Below are positions 28,917 through 39,257 of a stretch of DNA of 64,000 bases, in pieces (within the stretch, counting starts at the first letter, position 1; each line of letters opens with the position of its first letter). The translations under genes were made by a program, and so were the position numbers. The notes under the pieces are model-generated. The model saw nothing but the letters and a program-made list of their open reading frames with translations. It did no database searches and was not told the origin of the DNA. This DNA comes from a virus: positions 4,678 to 68,677 of IMG/VR virus record IMGVR_UViG_3300017719_000007. One strand, given 5' to 3'.

Positions 28917-31900
28917 TTATTGGACATTCCCATTAAAATTACCACCACCATCAAACATATCACCAGTAAATAAACCTTTATTGAAGCCACTGAAGGAACC
29001 TCCGCCACGACCTCCTCTTCTTACAGGCTGATTGACTCTAGTCTGTGTAACTGATGGGCTTAATTTTGTTAATACTTTTTCTAAATCATTTAACCCTTTA
29101 GTTACTGTTTTTGTTGGGAATACATTTATGTTTAATTTATTTGATCTATATTTTGCAAATACCTCAATGTCATACTGATACGGGTCTTGATTATTTGGAT
29201 ATACATCAAATCCTATTTTCTTTGCGTAGGTTAAGTTTGTAGTAGATCCGGTAGAATCACCGCCAATATTACCAAGACCACCGTCAGCTCCGGAACCCGT
29301 TCCAAAATAATCAGTCATCCTATATTGGAAAACCATAGGTATGTTTATTGAATTAGATTGTCCAAATTTTATTGATTTACTTGATTGAGCAGAATCTCCA
29401 CCTGTTTGTAAATTTTCATGATCATCAGCTGATATAAAAAGATAAGATCCACAGCTTTGTTTTCCTAATGTATATTGATCAAAGTTTTCAAACGAAGATT
29501 TAATATTTCTACTATACCCAGCACCGCTATTAACTAGATTAGGATCACCTGCTTGGCCTAATGTTGGAATCGCAGTAATAGATGGACTGCCTTCTAAAAA
29601 CTGAGTATTAGGCCAAATCACACCACTAAAATCTGCTGAGTTAGATAGCGCTGTTAAATCAATAGTATTTTCATTTAAATAAATTGCTTGTGATTTACCT
29701 AATAACGCATCGGATGTTAAATTTATAAATCTTGATTGTCTAAACATAACATTCGCGGTTCCATTACCACCCGAAGAAATAGATGTACAAGCGATTCCTG
29801 GTCCTGCTGGGATTGTAGCTGGCAATACAGTATTACTTGTGTCACCAGTTAAAGTCTCATAAGCTTTTTTATATGCTACATAACTCTGTACCCATGGGTG
29901 AGTTATTTGTACTTCTAATATATCATCACCAGGACCTACTGGGTAAGTACTAGCGGAATAAGGAGTTCCATCATCATTAAAACCACCACCCCAAATAAAC
30001 TCTCCAGCTACAGTTGAACCAGTTGAGTTATTTCTACCGAAGAAGTTTTCGGCAGTATCCAAGTTAAATGTAAAAAAGGAATCATTTGGTCTTCTATAAC
30101 TGTAAAAGTCCTCTTCAGATGAAACGTCACTAAATCTACTATTTATAAATTGGTTTTTGTTTTGTGTTGATTGAAATGGTGCTAACGAAGTAGTTTGACC
30201 ATATCTTGTTGCACCTTTTACATCAGGGTTAGATAATACGATAGGGGTAAGATCGTATTTTCTTATTGTATTATAATCCGAATCATCAGTTTTAAATGTT
30301 GGCTGATTATTACTTTGATTTGCCTGGCTATTATCTAACCATGAATATGTAGCAGGTAATATAGTAGTACCGCCTGTGATAGAACTAATATTACCAGCAT
30401 AATTAGGATTTTCTGATTGCTTAACCATTCGGCTTCTGTTACCAGATATCCTGGAAATTAATCTTAATGTAGTCTGTTCATTATTTGCTAAATTAATAAA
30501 GAAGGTCTTAGATATAATAGCACCTCTTGGATCATCGAGATTTTGTACTTCCTGTGCATAGAATCCAGCGAATACTTTTGTTACTGAATTTCGTTTTAGA
30601 TTTTGTACATTACCTTGATCATCAATTAATGTAACCACTAAATTACCTTGTGCATCCGCGAGTAATTCTTGGAATAAATCTAACTGAGCTTGCATCTGCT
30701 GTAGCTTAGTAAATAAATCGATAGGTGTTTGGTTCTCTGATAAAAATCCTGAAGCAATTACTGGACTAGAATGAGCAAAATAATTTTCATTAGCAACAAA
30801 GGAAGTACTTAAATGTTCCTGTATTCCCATTTCATTTAGATCTTGCTCTAATGATACTTTAGCTAAATCTTGTTGATTTTGATTTATGATAGCCTCTGTT
30901 GCATTATCAGAACTAAGATCAGTAGGAAATGAAAGAATAACAGAATTAGACCAGTCACTTTCTAGCGGGTTTGATGGCCATCCTGCTTCAGATATAGATT
31001 TAACCTGAACTTCAACCTTTTCACCTTTTCTGATAGGAATATCTAATTGATTAATATTAACAGCATCTGCATTATCATTGCTAATCTCAACCCACTGATA
31101 TACTCCAGTTAAAGAACTTTTAGCTCTAGGTCTTAATGTACTTTCTACAATGTTATAATTTGAAAATGCACCTTGTGTATCACCTGACCCATCCTTAAAA
31201 GTAAATTGGTCTACAGGGTTAGCTGCACCGTCATTTGATAAATATCGGTATCTAGTTTTAAACTTAACAATTGATTGTAATCCAGTGGCAGGAGTTGATT
31301 TTTCTTCTGGCATTGCCCAAAAACCTCGAGCTCTATATTTAGGAGTAATACTGGACACTGAGTTATCTTTAGCCTTAGCATCTATTTCCTTAACGACTGA
31401 AGAATATAATTCAGCCTGAGATGACCTCTCTGTAATTAACCCTTGTAATGCATTTTTATCAGCATCTCGCTCTACTTCTGTTTTGTAATTAGTAGTCTGT
31501 ATTTTAGTTCTACTCTGAGATATAGCACCATCCAATTCTTTTAATGTAGCTTCTATTGTATTTTTCTGATTATTAAGATCAGTAAGTTCAACTATTGAAG
31601 ATGACTCACTTACTTGACCATTAATTAATTTAACTGAAAAGTCACTATCATTTAAAACAGGTGCATTAGGTTTAACGCCTTCTCTTGTTGTTGGTATTTT
31701 ATCATCAGCAAAAGAAAGAAGCATTGAACCAAAATCTATTGCGCTTTGTTGGTAATATTCTGAAAGAGTTTGTTCAACACCATTAGCATTAATCGTAGTC
31801 AATGTATTGGTATAATATCCACTACCTGGGGACCAATTAACAGCAGGTATTTTGGAGTTAGGGTCGATAGGCTTTACAAAGGTAATACACCTTTCATTAA

Positions 31901-32870
31901 ATCCAACCGTAACATCAACTTGAACATTATCTTCTAATGCAGATGCAATCTTTAATACATCCGCACCAATCCTAACAGGATCAGAACCTTCAACTAATTC
32001 TATTATAACTGTATTTGTACTGGAATCAACATTTGTTACTTTATATCTGGTACTTATTGGATTAGACATAACCTCTAAACTATCACCTACTGAAAGTTGA
32101 ACAGTGTCATCAAAATCAGCCTCTGTATCGGTATAAAAAATCTTGTTTAGTTTATATTGTTTCCTTTGTGTCGTCACGGTAGCACCGTTTACTACATCAG
32201 TAGAAGTAACGTCCGATATTCTTAGTACACTAAAGGTTCCAGTATATCTTTTAACCCTTGGCGGCAAATCTACAACATCTTCATCTAGTACGTATGAAAC
32301 ATTTCTCTCAACAATTTGCTGTAAGAAATCATCATAATTTATATCAGCTCTACCATTATAAGTATTATTAAAAAAGTTAATCTTACTCTGTGTATTGGTA
32401 TTTAGTATGTATCTTTGGATTATTGCTCTTTCAGTATCTATAGGTACTTGGCCTGTTAAATCAAATGATACATAAAGAAGAGGATTAATTAATTCTTCAA
32501 AAAACCAATTAGGCTTAATATTAAAATTTTCAATTGAATTGATTGAAGTTAAATCTTGTGCCTCTGTTGGTAATTTAGCTAATACTAACTTTCTAAAAGT
32601 ACCGTCGGATAATCTTATTGAACTATTTTGGCCACCAACATTTGTAATAGTATCAATATTATTCTGTAATCTATCTACTGAATTCTTAAGGAATCCAAAA
32701 CTAGGAATAGTTACTCTTGAATTGGTTCCATCATTATTTTGTATATTAATAGTTACCGACTCATTACTTGAAGTTATGGCCTGATTAACCTTCTCAAAAC
32801 TTTCTAAAGAATTATTAAAAAGTCTAAGAAGCTCTGGTAGCATTGTTGATATTGAATTGTTTTCAGCCAT
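28917..32870 (-). CDS. Large hypothetical virion protein with coiled coils and possible Fn3-like domain (1317 aa)
   Basis: Coiled-coil stretches; VEVQVKSISEAGW...SDWSNSV; Gly/Arg-rich tail. Confidence 0.6.
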   Translation of the reverse strand: MAENNSISTMLPELLRLFNNSLESFEKVNQAITSSNESVTINIQNNDGTNSRVTIPSFGFLKNSVDRLQNNIDTITNVGGQNSSIRLSDGTFRKLVLAKLPTEAQDLTSINSIENFNIKPNWFFEELINPLLYVSFDLTGQVPIDTERAIIQRYILNTNTQSKINFFNNTYNGRADINYDDFLQQIVERNVSYVLDEDVVDLPPRVKRYTGTFSVLRISDVTSTDVVNGATVTTQRKQYKLNKIFYTDTEADFDDTVQLSVGDSLEVMSNPISTRYKVTNVDSSTNTVIIELVEGSDPVRIGADVLKIASALEDNVQVDVTVGFNERCITFVKPIDPNSKIPAVNWSPGSGYYTNTLTTINANGVEQTLSEYYQQSAIDFGSMLLSFADDKIPTTREGVKPNAPVLNDSDFSVKLINGQVSESSSIVELTDLNNQKNTIEATLKELDGAISQSRTKIQTTNYKTEVERDADKNALQGLITERSSQAELYSSVVKEIDAKAKDNSVSSITPKYRARGFWAMPEEKSTPATGLQSIVKFKTRYRYLSNDGAANPVDQFTFKDGSGDTQGAFSNYNIVESTLRPRAKSSLTGVYQWVEISNDNADAVNINQLDIPIRKGEKVEVQVKSISEAGWPSNPLESDWSNSVILSFPTDLSSDNATEAIINQNQQDLAKVSLEQDLNEMGIQEHLSTSFVANENYFAHSSPVIASGFLSENQTPIDLFTKLQQMQAQLDLFQELLADAQGNLVVTLIDDQGNVQNLKRNSVTKVFAGFYAQEVQNLDDPRGAIISKTFFINLANNEQTTLRLISRISGNRSRMVKQSENPNYAGNISSITGGTTILPATYSWLDNSQANQSNNQPTFKTDDSDYNTIRKYDLTPIVLSNPDVKGATRYGQTTSLAPFQSTQNKNQFINSRFSDVSSEEDFYSYRRPNDSFFTFNLDTAENFFGRNNSTGSTVAGEFIWGGGFNDDGTPYSASTYPVGPGDDILEVQITHPWVQSYVAYKKAYETLTGDTSNTVLPATIPAGPGIACTSISSGGNGTANVMFRQSRFINLTSDALLGKSQAIYLNENTIDLTALSNSADFSGVIWPNTQFLEGSPSITAIPTLGQAGDPNLVNSGAGYSRNIKSSFENFDQYTLGKQSCGSYLFISADDHENLQTGGDSAQSSKSIKFGQSNSINIPMVFQYRMTDYFGTGSGADGGLGNIGGDSTGSTTNLTYAKKIGFDVYPNNQDPYQYDIEVFAKYRSNKLNINVFPTKTVTKGLNDLEKVLTKLSPSVTQTRVNQPVRRGGRGGGSFSGFNKGLFTGDMFDGGGNFNGNVQ

Positions 32871-32895
32871 TTATTTTTCTTCTTTCTTTTATTAT

Positions 32896-35013
32896 TTATT
32901 TAATGATATCAAATACGAAATTTAGAATACCTTGCTCTGTACATATAAATTCTATTATAGGCCTTTTAGAAATTTCTGAATTTGGAATAACTCCTACTGA
33001 AACTCCAAATGAACCATTATTAAGCCTACTTGGTGCATCAGTCCATACTCTTATATTTCGTGAACCTATATCCAAATTGTTATTAAAAGCTAACCTAAAA
33101 GTTTGACCAGTTTTCCACTGTATCATAGTGTCATCTATATAAATATTTAAATCCCCGCCTGCTTCATTAACAGTATCTAACCTCATCATGTTAGTATAGT
33201 TAACTAATTCAGTAAATACTTGTGGAACCGCTACATTTAAATTTAATGGATTTAAAGCATCTATAACTATTTCACTAGAATCAAACGGTATTACAAATGA
33301 ATACTCTTGTGTAGCTAATGATAATGTTATTAGATTAGGAGTATTAGTATCAACAGTTATACCAGGACCTTGTCTTACAACATCTGTATTATACTGTAAT
33401 GATACTGGTACATTGCCATTTGCTAATCCTTGTATCTCGTCAGAGTTTTTAGCAATAAGATCAAGTAATACTGTGTCATTGGCAAAAGCTAAGTTTGCAT
33501 TATCTAATTGATCTTGGACACTTGTGATTTGTGCTTGTAAAGAAGTTAGATCAGCTACATTAGTTATTTGATTTTCTAATGCTTGAACCTTTTGATCTAA
33601 TGTAGATATTTCTAATTGCTGGGTTTGGAATATTTTTGCTGATTCTTGTAACTGTGCAGTCGCTTCACTGAAGAGCTGCATTGAAAATGTATTATAGTCA
33701 TTAACAATTGTGTCGATGCCGGCCGTTCCTGGCGAAGCATCAAATCGTAAATTGATTTTAAATCCATAACTATTTCCATTTTGCCCTGTAACTTTATTAG
33801 GTTTATATTTAGGGTATCTTTGAATATAACCACCATCTGTTGTTGGTGTAATATTATCTACTAATAAAATACCATAAAGGTTAGTAACAGTATTTGCAGT
33901 GTTACTAGTATCTACCATATCATAATAAACTAACACGGCGTTAAATTCAAATGTACTTGCTAAATCAGTTCCATTAAATTGTGCTATTGTAGCAATACTA
34001 GGATCAGTTATTATCTGTTCATAATCATTAGGAGTAAAGTCAACTGAAATACCATCTAATTGGTTTCTAACATATGCAGATCCTTCAAAGCCAGGAGGGT
34101 TTCCATAATCAGCCTTATACTTTCTTATGTTTATATTGGCACTATTTGTAAATGTATTCGGTTCAGTAAAATATGATTGTGTTAATGTTGGTGGATCAGG
34201 TTGATTCATCCAATTTGCATTAGGGTCGGTATAACCTCCATTCGCAGGATCTCCTAATAGGGCATCATCATAATCATAAAAAGCATTAATACTTAATCCT
34301 TGTGGTTGTACTGTACTTGGTCCACGACCTAATATAAATTCATCTTTACCAGTTATCTTTAAGCTAGGTTGGTAATTAGCATCAGAAATAGAATCAAATA
34401 AAATAGTTGGTGTTCCACCAACTTCAGTAGGTACATTAATATAAAGTTCCGTATAAGCTTCACCTGCTTTATCAACATTATTAACAATATCAATATCACC
34501 TACGTATTTTACAACTCTTCTGTATTGATAATCACCGGTCGTTTGTTCATCTTCTTCTACGAAAATAGGTCGAGCTATACCAGGATTTTTTTCTAAATTA
34601 GTTGCAGGTCTAAATCTGATTGCACCAGTCTCTTTCATCCATTTAAAGAATACTCTCTCGGCAACAGATCTTTGCGTTGTGTTGTCATATGAAGCATCAC
34701 TAATAATTAACTCTTCCAAATTCAGCGCGTAATTCTGAAGACTTTCAGTAAAGTTAACATTAGGGTCAGCTTTTAAACCACCACTTGAGATCATACCATC
34801 AATAGTATCAAACTGCATGTAGTTTTCATAGCTATCAAAACTTACTGGATTAAGTCTATCAAAATCCGGTATATTTAAAAGCACAAACTTAGAAAAGACC
34901 AACTTAAGCTCATCATTGTTAAGGGTCTTTGAGAGATCTCGTGCAGATGAAGAGAAGGTATAAAATGTACCTCCATCCGCCTGCGGCGTTTTAATTAAAG
35001 GCGTCGTTGCCAT
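32896..35013 (-). CDS. Hypothetical virion protein with central coiled coil (705 aa)
   Basis: Long ORF; heptad segment QLQESAK...QDQLDN; GPGITVD shaft-like motif. Confidence 0.6.
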   Translation of the reverse strand: MATTPLIKTPQADGGTFYTFSSSARDLSKTLNNDELKLVFSKFVLLNIPDFDRLNPVSFDSYENYMQFDTIDGMISSGGLKADPNVNFTESLQNYALNLEELIISDASYDNTTQRSVAERVFFKWMKETGAIRFRPATNLEKNPGIARPIFVEEDEQTTGDYQYRRVVKYVGDIDIVNNVDKAGEAYTELYINVPTEVGGTPTILFDSISDANYQPSLKITGKDEFILGRGPSTVQPQGLSINAFYDYDDALLGDPANGGYTDPNANWMNQPDPPTLTQSYFTEPNTFTNSANINIRKYKADYGNPPGFEGSAYVRNQLDGISVDFTPNDYEQIITDPSIATIAQFNGTDLASTFEFNAVLVYYDMVDTSNTANTVTNLYGILLVDNITPTTDGGYIQRYPKYKPNKVTGQNGNSYGFKINLRFDASPGTAGIDTIVNDYNTFSMQLFSEATAQLQESAKIFQTQQLEISTLDQKVQALENQITNVADLTSLQAQITSVQDQLDNANLAFANDTVLLDLIAKNSDEIQGLANGNVPVSLQYNTDVVRQGPGITVDTNTPNLITLSLATQEYSFVIPFDSSEIVIDALNPLNLNVAVPQVFTELVNYTNMMRLDTVNEAGGDLNIYIDDTMIQWKTGQTFRLAFNNNLDIGSRNIRVWTDAPSRLNNGSFGVSVGVIPNSEISKRPIIEFICTEQGILNFVFDIIK

Positions 35014-35031
35014 GTATCGTTTTTCTTTTTA

Positions 35032-35688
35032 TTAACTAATTGTATATCCAGTTCCACCTACTAAGAACCAAACACCATTTCCTGTTCCATCATCAACACA
35101 TAATAAGTGAGCAGTTTCACCTAAGGCATCTAACTCAATCTTAGTATTACTAGGAGCTATGCCAGGTAATACTAATGGGGTAGATGCACCTTGGATATTA
35201 ACTACACCAGTTTGTGCTTCAGAGTATACAAAAAATATTTCTTGACCAATTGCACCATCATTTAATTGAATAGTTATTGGTACTGCAGTACTATTGCCAA
35301 CTCTCTCCACTGTATATGGTGGTATTGCTGTACTCGTACCAACAGTAATTACACCAGGAGAACCTGTTGCAAAACCATCATTTAATGTTTGTGGGTCTAC
35401 ATCATTTCTAAATAATCCGCCACCGTTAAGATTAAGATTACCTGTCATACTAACATTAGTTAATACATCAAATGTAGAAGCATTAATGTCTAACAGGACA
35501 GTACTTAACCCTACTCTTAATGCTTCTGTTTGTACATTTTGTAGATTGTTAAGTGTTCCTGCTGTGGGGTTAAAATAAACCTCCATTGCATTAATTTCAC
35601 TTGTCAAGATATTGAAGTTATCATTCAATACCAGTCTGGATCCGGATAACGAATCTGTTCCAAGAATTTCTGTTACGCTAATTGCCAT
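35032..35688 (-). CDS. Short fibre/baseplate-attached protein
   Basis: N-terminal TDSLSGSRLVLNDNFNIL resembles the N-terminus of 21684-24233; beta-rich C-terminal domain. Confidence 0.6.
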   Translation of the reverse strand: MAISVTEILGTDSLSGSRLVLNDNFNILTSEINAMEVYFNPTAGTLNNLQNVQTEALRVGLSTVLLDINASTFDVLTNVSMTGNLNLNGGGLFRNDVDPQTLNDGFATGSPGVITVGTSTAIPPYTVERVGNSTAVPITIQLNDGAIGQEIFFVYSEAQTGVVNIQGASTPLVLPGIAPSNTKIELDALGETAHLLCVDDGTGNGVWFLVGGTGYTIS

Positions 35689-35697
35689 TTCTTTTCT

Positions 35698-38600
35698 TTA
35701 TTTAATTACTAGAATATTTCTATCCTTTTTATATTTATTCCCATTCGTATCTGTAAGTTCAAGAGTGATTTCATATTTCCCTGGAATCTTAAACAGATAA
35801 GTTAAGTATTTACTCTCAAAATATATATCGGCCACGCTGGAGTTAGTTGTATTCTTAATTATCCATCTAGGCTGGCCTTTACCTGGAATCTTACATTTAT
35901 CATAAACAAACATAAGCCATGTCATCTTAGGTAATACCTTTCCATCATTAATAAACTTAGCAGTATTCCATGTTGGGTTACTGGATATACTTTGTCCCTT
36001 TCTATAAATTAAACTAGGACAGTTATCATCTCCAGTTGGCCACGGTGAGCCGGTTCCAGTAGAAGGACAAACATTATCACCATCTGCATATACCATATCC
36101 ACTGATTTAAAATCACCACGCAACCCAAAATATCTACAGACTGCTTGTACAAACATTTGATTATTAGTTGCGTCATATACAACATTGTATACATACTTGT
36201 TAATAATAGGATCTGTGCTTACATTTAATCCAGCGGCAGCATCAGCCAATGTAGTTACAGTTGAGTCAAAATAATGTTCCGCTGTCACACCATTTAAATC
36301 TGTTATTTGTAAATAAGTTTCCGGCTGAACTTCTTTAAATTGAAAGAATGCAGGAGTATCACCTGATGTACTGGTCATATCCCACCATAAATGATAAGTA
36401 TCATTCCATCCTCCGGTTGTTAAATTTTTCCATTGGTAAGGTCCACTAAAACTAGCTTTACCATCATCTTGGTAATTTAATAATTGAAAGTCTGGTGAAG
36501 TCCCTAATCCAAAATTATTAAGTATAGCATTAACTCTATCTAATGATTCATATAAGCTAGGGCTTTCCTCATCCCATGTAACTGTTGGTGCTATAGGTAA
36601 ATTCCATAATGAACCGTAATCATTCCAAATATATTTTGCTTCACTATTCCAACTGTAGTTTGCCTTTCTTGCCTGATACCATCCAGAATATTCAACCTCT
36701 CTACTTTCTACACAAATAAAATCAGTCTTAACATTAGATGAAATGTTATTATACAAATCAAATAGCTTCATCTCAACACTATATGTTCCAACATACGGTA
36801 ATATTATTGGTAACTTATTATACTGTGATAGAGGTCCTCTAAATACTTTATAATATGATGGTGAAATATCAGTTTCTTCTTTATAGATAGTCCATTCTAT
36901 TTCTTCAAAATTTCCTCTTTCAATACCATCCCAAGTAAATAATGTTTCTCCAGGTAATTGATTGAATAGCAATTGTGAACCGTATATAGATTGGCAAGTA
37001 ACATTTAACCTATCTACATTTTGTCCAAATACCCTGATGACATCACCGGTAACGCCAGTCTCTTTTGTCACATCCCAGAATATCCAAGGCTCAGTAAAAG
37101 AATCTATCAATAAAATTAATTGATCATATAAAGCATTTCTTACATCAGTATCAGTGTCTCCTGCAACTGCAGTATATGTTGCCCCAGTATTTGTATCTGG
37201 ATCGTTGATTGTAAATACATCACCTGCAACAACACCCTGTGGATCAATATCAAATGTAAAGAATTTATTTGCATCATTTAATTGATTCCATGTAGAATCT
37301 ACATTATCCCATGTTATATTATTAAAAGAATCATTTTCTAAAATTGTCATTGCACCAATAGGAATACCTGGTTTATCTGGTAAATAATACGAAGATTCCC
37401 CATCAGGCCATGCGCCTACTCTATTTAAATTAGGTGCATATCTAGTAAAGTATGCTAAGAACGCATCAGCTAAAGCTTCCACTGTAACATTACTACCATC
37501 ATAACCACTACCTAAAGAACTATTTAAATCAGGGCCTATTGGTGATGGTGGTAAAACTTCTCCAGGATAAATAGGTCCTAGTAATAAGTTTCTCCCTATT
37601 GCATTTGCTGGTGATAAAGGGGCAACATAAGCATTACAGAAATTAACTATAGCCTCATCTACTATACCTTCTGATGCTATACAAAATGAAGTAAATGATC
37701 TTAAATCTTCCATAAGTATACAATCATTAGTTGAAAGTTTAAAGTTTGTATCTATACCTGCTACAATTTCTTTTTTATCATTTCTACTTAATGTGTTGAC
37801 AACTTCTAAGAGACCGAAAAAATCAGCTTCACCTGTTATATCTTTAATTCTTGCATTAAGAGGTAAAAATTCATTTTCTAATTTTTTCTTTAATCCAAAT
37901 AATTTAATTAAAATCTCCTCAATAGTAAAATCGTAATTTTCCTCTGTTATAGGTAACGACTCTTCATCAAACCTGTCAGGTATAATATTATTAATTCTAT
38001 AGACTAAACTAAATAAACTAGTTTTTCTAAATTTTTTATTAGGTAAAGTTATTTTTTTATCATTTAATTGGACTGTAGGATTACCAATGTCAATGTTATT
38101 ACTCATAATGTATTTTCCAAACATTGGTGAATTAGCATCAACGTTCTTCCAAAACTCTCTAACCTTTAAAGTATCATAACCAAAAAACTTTATAGCATTA
38201 GTTAAACCTTTATACGATCCAATGAAAGGGTAAATATTTGAACCCTCCATCATAATCTCTTTTCTCTTTAAATTAACTTCGTCAAAATCAGGAAGTAATT
38301 CTTTAATATTAGTATTTCTAAATATCTCACTATCAGACTCTAAAATATTATAACCCATATTCTGAGTCATTACTTTTAATCTTTCATCTTCACCTGTAGT
38401 TTCTCCGTAAATTAATATTTCTGCTATAGACTTACCAGTGCATTCATCCTTTATGCATAAAGTTCTTTTAAATGTATTTTCAGTTTCGGATCTTATCGCA
38501 ATATTAATCTGTAGAGCCTCAGATGTAATTTTATCCGTAACAGTGTAACCTTCTGGGTCAATAGTTTCTGTAGGATCTGAATTTAAAGGTATTTCTAATT

Positions 38601-38985
38601 CTGTTATTATTTGTAAAGGTGGACCATCAGGTTCCATTTCTAATGAAGTCTGTGTACCTGTATCAAAGTCCATATTAAATTGAAATAAAAATATTTCTTT
38701 AGGATCTGTTGTACTCCACTCTGCTTGCCAATTACAAACACCTCCAGTAGATCCAGGAGTACCAGTGGCTACTTCAACGCCATGAGGAAAACCAAATTCT
38801 TTTAAATTTGTAGTTTTATTTACAAATTCTTCAAGTATAAATATCTGACCAACTTCAAATAGACCAATAGATACCTCAGGCAAGTACATAGTACCTGACC
38901 ACATATCTTCAGACTGGTTATAATTAAAGTTAAGATACTTACCGTTCTTATCAAAGAAATTTAAATGTTTCCAATTATTAACCAT
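35698..38985 (-). CDS. Baseplate wedge protein (gp7-like position) with PKD/Ig-like segments
   Basis: Follows the gp6-like gene; GSYKGLTNAIKFFGY motif; GTYSVEMKL and PGKYEITLELTD strands. Confidence 0.55.
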   Translation of the reverse strand: MVNNWKHLNFFDKNGKYLNFNYNQSEDMWSGTMYLPEVSIGLFEVGQIFILEEFVNKTTNLKEFGFPHGVEVATGTPGSTGGVCNWQAEWSTTDPKEIFLFQFNMDFDTGTQTSLEMEPDGPPLQIITELEIPLNSDPTETIDPEGYTVTDKITSEALQINIAIRSETENTFKRTLCIKDECTGKSIAEILIYGETTGEDERLKVMTQNMGYNILESDSEIFRNTNIKELLPDFDEVNLKRKEIMMEGSNIYPFIGSYKGLTNAIKFFGYDTLKVREFWKNVDANSPMFGKYIMSNNIDIGNPTVQLNDKKITLPNKKFRKTSLFSLVYRINNIIPDRFDEESLPITEENYDFTIEEILIKLFGLKKKLENEFLPLNARIKDITGEADFFGLLEVVNTLSRNDKKEIVAGIDTNFKLSTNDCILMEDLRSFTSFCIASEGIVDEAIVNFCNAYVAPLSPANAIGRNLLLGPIYPGEVLPPSPIGPDLNSSLGSGYDGSNVTVEALADAFLAYFTRYAPNLNRVGAWPDGESSYYLPDKPGIPIGAMTILENDSFNNITWDNVDSTWNQLNDANKFFTFDIDPQGVVAGDVFTINDPDTNTGATYTAVAGDTDTDVRNALYDQLILLIDSFTEPWIFWDVTKETGVTGDVIRVFGQNVDRLNVTCQSIYGSQLLFNQLPGETLFTWDGIERGNFEEIEWTIYKEETDISPSYYKVFRGPLSQYNKLPIILPYVGTYSVEMKLFDLYNNISSNVKTDFICVESREVEYSGWYQARKANYSWNSEAKYIWNDYGSLWNLPIAPTVTWDEESPSLYESLDRVNAILNNFGLGTSPDFQLLNYQDDGKASFSGPYQWKNLTTGGWNDTYHLWWDMTSTSGDTPAFFQFKEVQPETYLQITDLNGVTAEHYFDSTVTTLADAAAGLNVSTDPIINKYVYNVVYDATNNQMFVQAVCRYFGLRGDFKSVDMVYADGDNVCPSTGTGSPWPTGDDNCPSLIYRKGQSISSNPTWNTAKFINDGKVLPKMTWLMFVYDKCKIPGKGQPRWIIKNTTNSSVADIYFESKYLTYLFKIPGKYEITLELTDTNGNKYKKDRNILVIK

Positions 38986-38986
38986 C

Positions 38987-39256
38987 TTAATTTATTTTTT
39001 GGTAGTCTTTAGGTACGCCAAAATTATAATAAATTCTTAGGTACTTTACTTTATTAATCCAAAATGTCATAATAGGTTTTAAGTAAGAATCTAAAAATGT
39101 AGATAATCGTTCATTCCTAAACATATAATTAGAAAAAGAATTTTTCATAAGATTCTCGTTATAATCATTTCCTAAGTTTTTTAATTCCCACCCCTCTTCG
39201 TAAGTGGCTTTATAAACACTAGGCATACCTGTTCTTTTCTCTGTGGCTTTATTCAT
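38987..39256 (-). CDS. Hypothetical baseplate-region protein
   Basis: 89-aa ORF packed tightly between baseplate genes. Confidence 0.6.
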   Translation of the reverse strand: MNKATEKRTGMPSVYKATYEEGWELKNLGNDYNENLMKNSFSNYMFRNERLSTFLDSYLKPIMTFWINKVKYLRIYYNFGVPKDYQKIN

Positions 39257-39257
39257 T

